From positions 22,224,243-22,288,242 of the forward strand of contig NC_057720.1 in the NCBI RefSeq assembly GCF_004010195.1: a stretch of 64,000 bases of DNA, in the 5' to 3' direction. Made by a program: the position numbers and the translations under genes. Positions 52,931 through 64,000 of the stretch are shown here, one piece after another (position 1 is the stretch's first letter; each line of letters opens with the position of its first letter). The notes beneath the pieces are model-generated. The model made no database searches and was not told the DNA's origin. It saw only the letters and a program-made list of their open reading frames with translations. Source of the stretch: Chiloscyllium plagiosum. Lineage: Eukaryota.

Positions 52931-54354
52931 CTATCAAATATAAACATGATATCAGTAAAGAACCATTTCATCATCAATGTTAAAAGAGTGCTGCAACCTA
53001 ATCCAATAATTCACATTTCCTCCTTCTTTTTGAATATTTAACTTTCCCCTTCAAAAATGGCTGCTTACTGAACAGCCAGGCTTTGTGTAAATTAGCCTAT
53101 GAAATTGAACACTTAGGTCCAAGGGTGGAAGGGGTACATGAGGGGCATTGTGGGAGATCTCTTTGATCCCTTCAAGATGATGTTGATACATTCGACTTAA
53201 AAGGGTCTGTGGTTAACTGGTCCCAGTGAAACGTCATGGAAACTGCTGAGAAATAGGCATAGGCATATGTGTTACTCTTTGATTAAACTCACACAAAATT
53301 GACTGTAAGAGTACACCAGATAGGTTATGGCTTTCAAACCCAGGGTATCATGTGGAGGCACAGCCAGAAGCTCATGTAACCAGTGTACAGTAGTAGGCAG
53401 CACTGGGACATGAACTGCTTTGATCTGCTATTCTTTGCCTTAATTAATACTAGTAACACTATCTTTCAATTAATAGTTCAGCAAGAAACATTTAGAGAAA
53501 ATATAGTTTTAGATTTACCTGTTGGGTGTTTTATCGTATAAAAAAAATCACAAATTCCTCTTATAATAAACTTTGATGTATAATTAACCTTACAAGTTTT
53601 CATCTGATTGGTGTTTAGATTTTAAAAAGGAGAAACATAAGGAAATGAAAGCTTAAGCAGTTTTTAAAAATAATTCGACTCTTCAAAAGATTGTATATAT
53701 TATCTATGCATAATATTCTGTGACATTACCATTATGAAGAAAATTATAGATAAAGGGATATAATAAAATCACAGAGAAAAGTTCAAACATTAGCAATTAC
53801 TTCAAAGACCTGCAGGCATTCAAAGATAAAAATGATTTTGAACCTGTTTTCTATGAATAAGCCAAGATGTAATTATACATCTCCCAATATGCTGATGCTC
53901 TGCATACATTTAAAAGGTTAGAGACTGCGATATAATCCACTTCAGTATTGTAATTTGACAGTTAAAGGACCAAATGGCATGTAGAATTACTACTTTAACT
54001 TTTAAATTAACTTTAACATTAACCTTACTTGAAAATCATAGTAAAAAGTTAATTTGTTAGTAGTAGAAGCAAAAGATCTTAAGGATTAAAATTACATGAA
54101 CAGTAACTATAATATTAATACAATGCTTAAAAGTGGCAATAGAAATAGAATATATAATGTTCACAAGCATCTTGAATATATCACTGTTGTACAGGAAAAT
54201 ATTTTGTAATAAAATTTTATAAGAAAATTGTAATGAACAAACATTATGTCAATCTTAAAATTTAGAATTTGTGAACATGTTTACACTCAAAATACACACC
54301 TTTTGTATTTGTCCTTCTTTATTGTTTTGAATCACTTAAATACTAAGCTCAAGT

Positions 54355-54436
54355 TAAATGAGCTGAAGAAGTGTCACTGCTTTCTCTCCACAGATGCTGC
54401 CAGACCTGCTGAGCTTCTCCAGAAATTTCTGTTTAG
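54355..54436 (+). mobile_element. Family-B pLTR fragment
   Basis: ctgaagaagtgtcactg...cagatgctgccagacctgctgagcttctccag. Confidence 0.7.
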
Positions 54437-54450
54437 CCTCAATTAACTAA

Positions 54451-54669
54451 GTCAAAAAGTGTGGTGCTGGAAAAGCACAACAAATCAGGCAGCATCTGAG
54501 GAGCAGGAGAATCATCATTTCGGGCATAAGCACTTCATCAGGAACTCCTGATGAAAGGATTGTGCCCGAAATGTCAATTCTCCTGCTCCTCGGATGCTGC
54601 CTGACATGCTGTGTTTTTCTAGGGGGCACTTTTCGACTCTGATATGCACTCCTCACTTTCTCCTAGTTG
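54451..54669 (+). mobile_element. Penelope-derived fold-back element with TSD
   Basis: Arms of about 90 bp centred on ttcatcagga-ac-tcctgatgaa. TSD ctcaattaactaa (54438-54450) / ctcaattaagtaa (54670-54682). Confidence 0.87.
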
Positions 54670-55863
54670 CTCAATTAAGTAAATCTTGTGAAAGATGTCT
54701 GGTTCAAGAATGCCATGGGGGTTAAAATTGTACTGAAAACTGTGTATTCCAACTTAATGTGCCCACATGTATATTAAAATAGGGGATATACTGATTGTTA
54801 GGAACCCAGTTACATGTTCAAATATAGAACAGGTCCAATTCAGCGTTGATGGGAACACAAGTCAAAAGTCCAAAAAGCACATTGTTTTGACACAATGCCT
54901 GACTTTCGTTTCCATTTTGACCTTAATGAAGATGAAGAACAAAAGTAGGAATTAGAAATGACAAAAAAAAGGTGAAAATGGCTTGAATACTTAAAGAAAG
55001 TTTGCTTGAAAAGCTGGAAGGAAATGAAAACTGACTGATGGCATGCATTTTAGTGATATGGCACAGAGGTCCACTTCAATGAATAACAAACCTTCATTCA
55101 CAGTGCACTAGTGACCAATAGCTTTTCCAACTCCTTCTCATAAAATCATTTGTTTAGTACCCTTCATTAGCTCTTCCTCCATGTTGGACGATACAATGAC
55201 ACCAAATTAACAAAAGAAAAATCAAAAGATGATTGAAGTCTGAAATAAGATCAGAAAATGCTGTAAATCTCAGATGAAAAGTGTGATTCATTAACCCCTT
55301 GTTTATTTTTCCACAGTTGCTGCCTCAAGCCTTTCAAGCTTTTTCTGTTTTGATTTCCTCTAACATTTGACCTTCTGGTCATGTCTAAAGAGGTCTACCA
55401 TCTCAGGCCTTCCTTTCCTTTACCTGAAATCCCTTACTACAGTTACATTTGTTCCACGAGAAAGTGAAGACTTGGTCTGTTGTTCAATGAGACTGGTTGA
55501 GGTAATGAATCCCTGGAAAGAACATCCTTATGTATGCAATGAATGAAGAAAAATTGGGTTGTGACAAAGTACGTTTAAAGGCATTTTAGTTAAAAGAAAA
55601 TATCCTGCTGATGACTACTAATGAATAAAGGCTCTTCTGAACATTAATCCTGTAACAGGCAGTCGGCATCTCTGAGTTGGAGGGGAAATTGCACTGATAA
55701 TATGTAATGGGGTTAGTACATTAGGTGAGGTGAGGAGTTAAGGCAAGCAGTCAGCATCACTTAGAGGTGCTGATTCTTCATGTATGTTGAGACTATCTCC
55801 GCCACTGCATGCTGCCCTTGAAGTGGCTGCAGGGAGTAAACAGACTGCCACCCATGTCATTCT

Positions 55864-55904
55864 GGAAGGTGCCTTGTTAAGGAAGGTGCCTTGTTAAGGA
55901 AGGT
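55864..55904. repeat. 17-bp tandem repeat
   Basis: ggaaggtgccttgttaa, about 2.4 copies. Confidence 0.85.
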
Positions 55905-56175
55905 CTGGAGAGAGATACATGCAATGGTTTTTATTGATGTTTGTCCTGAGAGCTCCATGACAGAGCACTCTGTGCCCTCTGGGCTGTAGCCATATGAGGA
56001 GAGTAAGGAAACAGTGACAGAGGTTTACATAGTCAAGGTTCAGATGTACATTTCTGTGGCAGTAAACATGACTCCAGGTGTGGTGTGTTGCCTCCCTGGT
56101 GCCATTGTCAAGGGCATCATGAAGTGACTGCAGGATATTCTTTCAGAGGAGGGAAGAATCAGCTCGAAGACATTG

Positions 56176-56985
56176 AGTCATAGAGTCACAGAGTCATAGA
56201 GATATACAGCATGGAAACAGATCCTTCAGTCCAACCCGTCCATGCTGATCTGACATCCTAAATTAATCTAGTCTCATTTGCCAGCACTTGGCCCATATCC
56301 CTCCAAACCTTTCCTATTCATACACCCATCCAGATGCCTTGTAAATGTTACAATTGTACCAGCCTCCACCACTTCCTCTGGCAGCCCATTGCATACACGT
56401 ACCACCCTCTGTGAAAACGTTGCCCCTTAGGGCCCTTTTATATCTTTGCCCCTCACCCTAAACCTATGCCCTCTAGTTCTGGACTCCCCGATCCCAGAGA
56501 AAAGACTTTGTCTATTTACCCTATCCATGCCCCTCATGATTTTATAAACCTCTATAAAGTTCCCCGTCAGTCTCCGACGCTCCAGGGAAAACAACCCCAG
56601 CCTATTCAACATCCTGGTAAATCTTTTCTGAACCTTTCAAGTTTCACAACATCTTTCCAATAGGAAGGAGACCAGAATGGCACACAATATTCCAAAAGTG
56701 GCCCAATCAATGTCCTGTACAGCTGCAACATGACCTCCCAACTCCTGTACTCAATGCTCTGACCAATAAAGGAAAGCATCTTCACTATCCTATCTGCCTG
56801 AGACTCCATTTTCAAGGAACTATGAACCTGCACTCCAAGTCTCGTTGTTCTGTAACACTCCCCAGGACTTTATAATTAAGTGTGTAAATCCTACCCTGAT
56901 TTGCCTTTCCAAAGTGCAGCACCTAATATTTATCTAAATTAAACTTCGTCTGCCACTTCTTGGCCCATTGGCCCATCTGATCATG
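56176..56985 (-). mobile_element. CR1/HER1 LINE 3' segment
   Basis: PLLEYCVPFWSP and LGLFSLERRRL...EVYKIMRG...SRTRGH, with a (gagtcata) tail. Confidence 0.92.
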
Positions 56986-57005
56986 ATTTACATTAGTACC
57001 AACTA

Positions 57006-57178
57006 CACAGGAACCTCGATTATCCGAAGGACATGGGCGGAGAGTATTTTGATCGGTTAATTGAATTCCGGATAATGGAACGGCGGATAACATAGTTTAG
57101 CCAAGCATTGGGACCTTGCAATCTTGCTGGATAATTCGATATTCGATAATCAAATGTCAGATAATTGAGGTTCCTCTG
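57006..57178. mobile_element. Tc1/mariner-pogo-type MITE (173 bp)
   Basis: 21-bp TIRs cacaggaacctcgattatccg / cagataattgaggttcctctg (3 mismatches). TA on both sides (57004-57005 and 57179-57180). Confidence 0.85.
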
Positions 57179-57619
57179 TATGTAGACAGGAAGAACAATG
57201 AGATCCTGAAAACAGAATTGAGGGAGTTAGGAAGGAAATTAAAGAGCAGGATGATTTCAAGAGCAGTAGTCTCAGGATTACTCCCAGTGCCACATACTCA
57301 CAATCATAAGAACAGAAGGATTGGTTGGTTGCACATTGATTGATGACTGAAGAACTGGTAGAAGAGGGAGGACATCAGATTTTTGACACATTGGAACCAA
57401 TTCTGGGACCAGGTAGAACCTGCACAAACTGGTCGGGTTACAGCTTAAGGGGATTTGGACTGATAACCTCACAGAGAGTTTTGTTGGTGCTGTTGAAATT
57501 GGTTTAAATTAGCTTCTCAGGAGAAGGGGAACTTGAAGGGTAACGCAAATTGAAAGGCACTAACAGGAAGTATAAAAGCTATGTGGGAGACGCAAAGCCA
57601 GGAGAAATGAAGCCAAGCA

Positions 57620-58212
57620 TCAAGTAGTATAGGGGTTGGGAGGTCATGTTGTAGCTATACAGGACGTTGGTTAGGCCACTTTTGCAATAGTGTGCACAAT
57701 TCTGGTCTTCCTCCTATGGGAAGGACATTGTGAAACTTGAAAGGGTTTAGAAAAGATTTATAAGGATGTTGCCAGGGTTGGAGGGTTTGAGCTATAGGGA
57801 GAGGCTGAATAGGCTGGGGTGTTTTCCCTGGAACGTCAGAGGCTGAAGGGTGATCTTATAGAGGTTTATAAAATCATGAGGGGCATGGATAGGGTAAATA
57901 GTTGAGATCTTTTCCCTGGGCTGGGTGAGTCCAAAACTAGATGGCATTGGTTTACGGTGGGAGGGGAAAGATTTAAAAGGGGGCTAAGGGGCAATAGATG
58001 GTTGTGCATGTATGGAATGAGATGCCAGAGGAAGTGATGGAGACTGGCACAACTATAGCATGTAAAAGGCATCTGGATGAGTATATGGATAGGACGGGTT
58101 TAGAGGGATATGGGCCAACTGCTGCCAAATGGGACGAGATTAGGATATCTGGTCGGCATGGATGAGTTGCACCGAAAGATCTGTTTCCATGCTGTACAGC
58201 TCTCTGACTCTG
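57620..58212 (+). mobile_element. CR1/HER1 LINE 3' segment
   Basis: Inverted paralogue of 56176-56760, ending in ctctctgactct. Confidence 0.9.
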
Positions 58213-58249
58213 AGTTGTCTAAAACATAGAATGTTGTCAATAAGACAAC

Positions 58250-58500
58250 GTTAAGAGCATACTGCTTTTACAATGTGGTAAATTATCTAAAGTGGCAAAT
58301 TCCTTGTCACAGAGGGCTGTGGAAGCTGAAATTTTGTGAATGTTTAAAGTAGAGGTTATACATGTTTGATTACCAATGGCATAAACAGTTATGGACACAA
58401 TGTGGGTAAAAGGCATTAAAGTGTTCAATCGATCATGTTGAATGGTAGAGCAGGCTCAATGGGCTGAAAGGCCTACTACTGTTCCCATACTCCTACATGT
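58250..58500 (+). mobile_element. Older CR1 3' end
   Basis: aattccttgtcacagagggctgtggaagc...gggctgaaaggcctactactgttcc. Confidence 0.7.
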
Positions 58501-60023
58501 GCCTGAGATCTATGTTCTCCATGTTCTCTAGCAGCCTAGATCACCTCCTTCTGAGACCATATCTGCAGTCCCATCTGAAAGCACAGCAAGAAATTATAAT
58601 GTTTTGTATAGAATTATACTGCAGTGCCCATCCAGGTTTGTCAAGACAATTTAACATTGCCTTCAGGCTGCCAGTAGTCCCCTCAATAGTCACTCTAGAG
58701 TTAGTTGAGTCTTATTTTACAATATTAAGATGTGAAAGTTTCATTAGCCATGAAGAAAACGTTATAATTTTACTGCCTAATTCTATCCAGAAGTAAATCT
58801 CTGTCTACCTTGGCAATTGGATATCCTTGTAATGAATACATCATAATAGTTCAGAACCAATCTCCATTAATTTTTTTGCTGTAGCCAACTACAGGATTAT
58901 TGCACAATGCAATGTTGGAATTAACATTTTGGAAAATAGGGCCATGAGTAATACAGCATGGTAACAAGCCCTTCAGTCCACCATGTCTATGCTGATCAAC
59001 AAATATCAAACTACACTAAAGCCACACACCTGCACTCAGTCCACAGCCTATTGTTCCTGGGCATTTTAAATACTCATCCAGATAAAATTACTACCTCCAC
59101 TAAATCAGCCTCATAGTGCAAAATTTGAACTTTGGAGAATCCTTGGTACATTCTGAAGCAGTTGAATTCCTCAGACTCCCTGAAGATGGAGTTGGGAACT
59201 GAGCAGAGAGTTCTTTGGGTAATGCTGTACTGATCCCCAATTGCAGTCTGAAGGTTGCTGGTGGTGCATAGGCTGAAACTGTGCTGACTTTACAATCACT
59301 GAAACAAGGTTTCAGTTCCATGACTGGGGCTACAGTTCGTTTGGTATGTCATCAGAAATACATTTCTCATGAGACCTATAGGAAATATTGTAAAAATGTG
59401 GAGGCAGGGAGATGAGGGGATCCGGAGAGTACTGCATCTGTGGTCAGCATCGGAATCCGAGATGTTGGGCTTCAGCTGCAGTGAGGCGATACCAAATTGG
59501 TACTCCTGGGAATGGACTGTGATACAGGGGCATTGGTGGAGTCAGAGCCCATTGTGGAGACACCCGCTCCTCCATTATGTCAAGTGGAGCACAAGTGACA
59601 AGTTATTCAATTCATGAAACAAAAATCATTCAATAATAGTCAGTTGACTTCATCCTTCCTTGATGCTCCTCAACCATGAATTTCCACTGCGATCCCACAC
59701 TGCTTGTAAAGAATACTTGCTGTTTGTGAGAGTTAAAAGTTAGCCGTTACCCAGGAAGCATCTGACTCTGGTTGCAAAGCAATCAAGAAGAAAATTGCCT
59801 CAAATGGATAGGTGCACTTAAGAAATGGACAACCATTTTCCAGGCAACAAGCACCTCAATTGAATAAGCTTGCCTATGGATCAATTAGGTACCTCCTGTC
59901 ACGAGAGCTTGGTCTCAGTTATCTGTGTCTAGGTTACATCAAAGGAAATAATATCCAAGGGGCTGTAAATTGTGGGAATTCTGTCAGAATATGTGTGCCA
60001 GTTAACAATAGATATAGGGAATT

Positions 60024-60320
60024 GAACGGCATGGTGACTCAGTGATTAGCACTGCTGTCTCACAGCATCAGTGACCCAGGTTCGATTCCAGCCGGAGGCA
60101 GCTGTCTGTGTGGAGTTTGCATATCCTCCCCGTGTCTGTGTGGGTTTCCTCCCACAGTCCAAAGATGTGCACATCAGGTGAATTGGCCATGCTAAATTGC
60201 CCATAGTGTTAGGTGCATTAGTCAGAGGGAAATGGGTCTGGGTGGGTTACTCTTCAGAGGGTCGGTGTGGACTGGTTGAGCCAAAGGGCCTGTTTGCACA
60301 CTGTAGGGAATCTAATTTAA
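60024..60320 (+). mobile_element. HE1/V-SINE-type SINE
   Basis: A/B boxes (ggttcgattcc), core and tail. Confidence 0.92.
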
Positions 60321-62496
60321 TGGCAACTTCTGCCTACGACAGAAATTTCTGCAGGAAAAGAACATGATACAATATCTTGCCAAAGCTACCATAGACAGTT
60401 TGGATCCACAGACTTTAATAAGGAATGGCAGAGAGGGAAGTGAAGGTGTGGAATGAAGCTCATGGTATTAATGTCATTCACCAGCAATTGGACAGGCTGG
60501 AAGATATAGCTGATCACTTGCTGTATTTCATTTTTGAATATTTATGGTTTTTAAAAAAACATCATGCCATTGCCAGCTGGCCACTAATGAAGTTACACCA
60601 GAAATCATTTAAAAATATTTCAACAGTGCTTCCAAACTTTCTGTAAAATCTATTGCTATCCATTGAGTGTATAAACCCTGTTTTTTGCTGATGAGTCAAA
60701 GCTAACTCTTTTACTATTTACCAATTAACTACAATTTACATATTTTAATTAAGAAGCAAGCAATATAAAACAATTAGGATAATCAGTGTGCTAACTAGAT
60801 TGCATAACATTTAGACAGTTTTCCAGAGAGATAGGCAAAAATAACCTTAATTAGTGCTAATTAGTCCTGATTTGCATATGTTTGATAAAGCGTACAGTTA
60901 CCACAATACAGGATTATTTATCTTTGTATCTGTCAAATGCTGGCATTTTATAGGCTGAAATAATTTTCACGCTAGATTTACATGGTAACTGGTTTAAAAT
61001 GTTTGTTGAAGTCATGTTAATTTTACGTGCAATTCCTCAAATACAGGAGCCAAATTCCATTAACCCAGAAAAAAGTGCTACAGATAAAAGTGCTGACTGA
61101 TAAAAGCTGTGACAAATACATTAAAAAGAAACTTCATTATATTTTCAAAACACCGTATGTTCTTTGGTAACTGATTGTACTTCATACAAAATGAAAATTG
61201 TCTGTTGTCTTTATGTTGCCCAGAAAGTAACACTGTAGGTGCCAGTGCCAAAGACATATCTTCCTAAATATCATATGCTATCTCAAGGCTATAAATATAC
61301 TTAAATTATTGTCCTCCTTGATTGGACAATAAATAGAAGGCATATTTGGATAATTTTGCAGAATTGCACACAGAAAAGTGTACAGATTTTCCAGTAAGCC
61401 CAGAAATTCCCATAGCTAAAATTGTGCAATATGATTTGTGACATACAGGCAGTTGAAATTATATTTCCAGTGAATGAAAAATTGTAACATAGCACATACT
61501 TCTCTTTTCCTACATTAAATTTTACACTGCATTTGAATTGCAGCTTGAATTATTCTTTACTTGATAAATCATAGTTTTCCTACATCTGTATATTTTATCA
61601 TTTCAACATATCAGAGGTAGAAGAGAAATAACTGCTTTTGCAGAAAAATCTGGCTTATCAGACAAATAGTGTGTTACAGATTTGATCAGCAAGGCCACAG
61701 CTTGTGTTTTTAACACATGCACAAGCAGTTCTGAAAGCAGAACGAGCCCTAGGTTTTACAGAAAAATCATTTCACTCTATCCTCAAGCCATATTGCTACG
61801 AATAAACCAGTATGAATTGTCTACAGCAAGGAAAAAGCTGGCTAAACATAATATATTTTCTTAAATAGGCAGTGAAATAAGGACATTTGCAAACTCATTT
61901 TATATTCTATCATCTATGCTTTGGTTAGAATGAAATTAGTGTCAAATGAACTTTATAAAATTACTTTATGGGATGATTTCTGTTGGTTTTGAATTGATGG
62001 ACCAAATGATCTCTTCCTGTATGGGGGATGCCGCTGACTGAGCCAGCATTTATCGCCCATCCCTAGTTGACCTTAAAAAGATGATGTTGAGCAATTTTCT
62101 TACTCTGCTGCAGTCCATTTACTGCAGGTAGACCTATAGTATCACTAAGGAGCAAATGCAAGGGTTTGGGTCTACGACAAGGTCTAAGGAACTTGTTGAA
62201 TTGAATGGGACTTTTTAAGGCATTGCTTTTTCAATCACTTCGCACGATTTGAAAAAAGAATCAAATAGAAACAAGACAACAGAGGTTCAGGGTAGTGAAG
62301 AGGTGAGCAACAATTAATGTATGACATGAAGGAATGGAACATATACACAGTAGTGTGCAGCTAAAATTAGAATCAGAATAAGTAATAATGGCAAAAAGGC
62401 AAATCCTAAAACTCTTTTGCTGAATACACACACCATTTGTAACAAGATTACACAAATAGAAATAAATGAACATGACTTGATAACTATTACAGAGGT

Positions 62497-62700
62497 GAAA
62501 ATGTGTTGCTGGAAAAGCGCAGTAGGTCAGGCAGCATCCAGGGAACAGGAGAATCGACGTTTCGGGCATAAGCCCTTCTTCAGGCTTACGCCCGAAACGT
62601 CGATTCTCCTGTTCCCTGCATGCTGCCTGACCTGCTGCGCTTTTCCAGCAACACATTTTCAGCTTTGATCTCCAGCATCTGCAGACCTCACTTTCTCCTC
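62497..62700 (+). mobile_element. Young Penelope-derived fold-back element with intact hammerhead core and TSD
   Basis: Near-perfect inverted arms of about 78 bp and a 39-nt tail. Perfect 15-bp TSD aactattacagaggt (62482-62496 / 62701-62715). Confidence 0.92.
62556..62583 (-). ncRNA. Minimal type-I hammerhead ribozyme motif (activity unknown)
   Basis: CUGAAGA-A-GGGC-UUAU-GCCC-GAAA-CGUC. All catalytic-core nucleotides are present, but stem I is weak in this copy. Confidence 0.7.
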
Positions 62701-62959
62701 AACTATTACAGAGGTATGATTACAGGATGACCAAGATTGAGAAGTATATTCAAGGGTATTCAACTTTCCAGAAGAGCTGGCATAAAGCGAAAAGTAGGTG
62801 AGGTAGATTTGTAAATAAAGAAAGATATCAACGCAGTGGTGAATAACGATTATATAGGTGTAATAGATTGTGATGTGGAATCAGTCTGTGTAGAAGACAG
62901 GGGATGCAAGGGAGAAAGGTTAGAGGTGGAAGATGTCTTTAAAACCCTGAATAATTCAT

Positions 62960-63660
62960 TGAATCATAGAGTACAGAAGGAGACCATTCGACCCATTGTG
63001 TCTGTACTGGCTCCCAAAAGAGCTACCCAGCTGGTCCCACTCTCCCACCGTATCTCCATAGCCGGAGGTGGGTACTGCAGATGCTTGAGATTAGAGTCAA
63101 GATTAGAGTGGTGCTGAAAAAGCTCAGCAGGTCAGGCAGCATCTGAGAAGCATGAAAATCGATGTTTTGGGCAAAAGCCCTTCATCAGGAATTCCAGCAC
63201 CACTCTAATCTTGACTCCTAATTCCATAGCCCTCTAACTTCATCACTTTCAAATATATATCCAGCTCTCTTTTGAAATCTCCTATAGAATCCATCGCCAT
63301 CACTCTCTTAGACAGCGCATTCCAAATCATAACAACTCACTGAGTAAAGAAGTTTCCCCTCATATAACTCCAAGCTCTCTTGCTGACAATCTTGAAATTA
63401 TGACTCCTAGTTACTGATATACTAACTAGTGGAAACAGAATATCCTTCTTTGTCCTGTCAAAACTGTTCATAATTTTAAACACTTCAGTATGGTCACCTC
63501 TTAATCTTCCCTGCTGCAAGGAGAACAAGCCCAACTTCTCTAATTTTTCCTTGTATCTAATATCATCATTCCTTGTATGACTCTGGTAAATCTCCTTTGA
63601 ACTCTCTCCAGTGTTTTAACATCCTTCTATAAATAAGGTGGTCAGAATTGAACACAATAA
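62960..63660 (-). mobile_element. CR1 LINE 3' segment
   Basis: GLFSLQQGRLRGDHTEVFKIM...TRSHNFK...NFFTQ. Confidence 0.88.
63064..63222 (-). mobile_element. Penelope-derived fold-back mini element nested in CR1
   Basis: Inverted repeat gagtcaagattagagtggtgctg / cagcaccactctaatcttgactc. tccatagcc is duplicated (63055-63063 / 63223-63231). The empty site is visible in the paralogous CR1 near 28775. Confidence 0.85.
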
Positions 63661-64000
63661 ATTGTCCCAGATTAGAACAAAGTTACAAATCCAGAAATAA
63701 TGGAGGCTTTGTTAGAAAAGTGTAATAACTGACATCTGGAGAGGTTGACGTTGCTCAATCCAAGAGATTAGGGTGTGAGCAGGAAAGTGGAGTTGAAGGC
63801 CAAAACCAGCCATGATTGTTTTAAATGACGGAGTAAACTTGATGGGCATTGTTTAATGATGAATCCTCATCACTGCTCATCACACTGTATGAGTTGTCTT
63901 GACTCTCAATCAACATAAAGATAGATTTGCCGTCACCATGCTCCTAATGGGTTTGAATCTTCAGATCCTGCTTTTTCCTTGAGTAGTAGAAGAAAATCAC

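Larger units (their letters stand above)
55940..57540 (+). mobile_element. CR1 ORF1 (SGNH esterase-like) remnant split by two insertions
   Basis: VCCLPGA.V...LQDIL, YISTN (HIGTND-like) and ILKTELRELGRKLKSR...VVSGLLPVP. Confidence 0.7.
62400..62950 (+). mobile_element. CR1 AP-endonuclease remnant interrupted by a Penelope hairpin
   Basis: LNTHTICNK...HDLITITE resumes after the insert with LQDDQD..IQGYSTFQK, an APE domain pattern. Confidence 0.65.

Noticed and set aside
1131..63222. Recurring MCCWKSAAGQAAS / LLLGCCLTCCAF peptides as a gene family or CRISPR-like repeats
   Set aside because: They are translations of dispersed non-coding pLTR repeats, with no regular spacers and no cas genes, in eukaryotic DNA.

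Overview
This is AT-rich vertebrate genomic DNA, very probably from a shark or other elasmobranch, judging by HE1/V-SINE-type SINEs with CR1/HER1-type tails. The whole window lies inside the dihydropyrimidine dehydrogenase gene (DPYD) on the minus strand. Five coding exons are present, equivalent to human exons 14-18 (165, 69, 84, 121 and 120 bp). All have GT-AG boundaries and splice into one open frame covering part of the FMN/pyrimidine-binding barrel, including the catalytic Cys loop. The introns are filled with nested transposon debris: CR1 and RTE LINEs, several SINE families, a pogo-like transposon, a TA-flanked MITE, Harbinger remnants and solo LTRs. The most notable structure is a set of Penelope-like retroelement relics. 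Two large copies encode decayed RT plus GIY-YIG. About 15-20 small (roughly 100-240 bp) non-coding derivatives carry minimal hammerhead-ribozyme motifs, and many of these are fold-back units with a 33-39 nt tail and 9-16 bp target-site duplications (TSDs). Two assembly gaps are present (32695-32857 and 48985-49560). Repeat family names come from motif recognition only, and the boundaries of decayed repeats are approximate.
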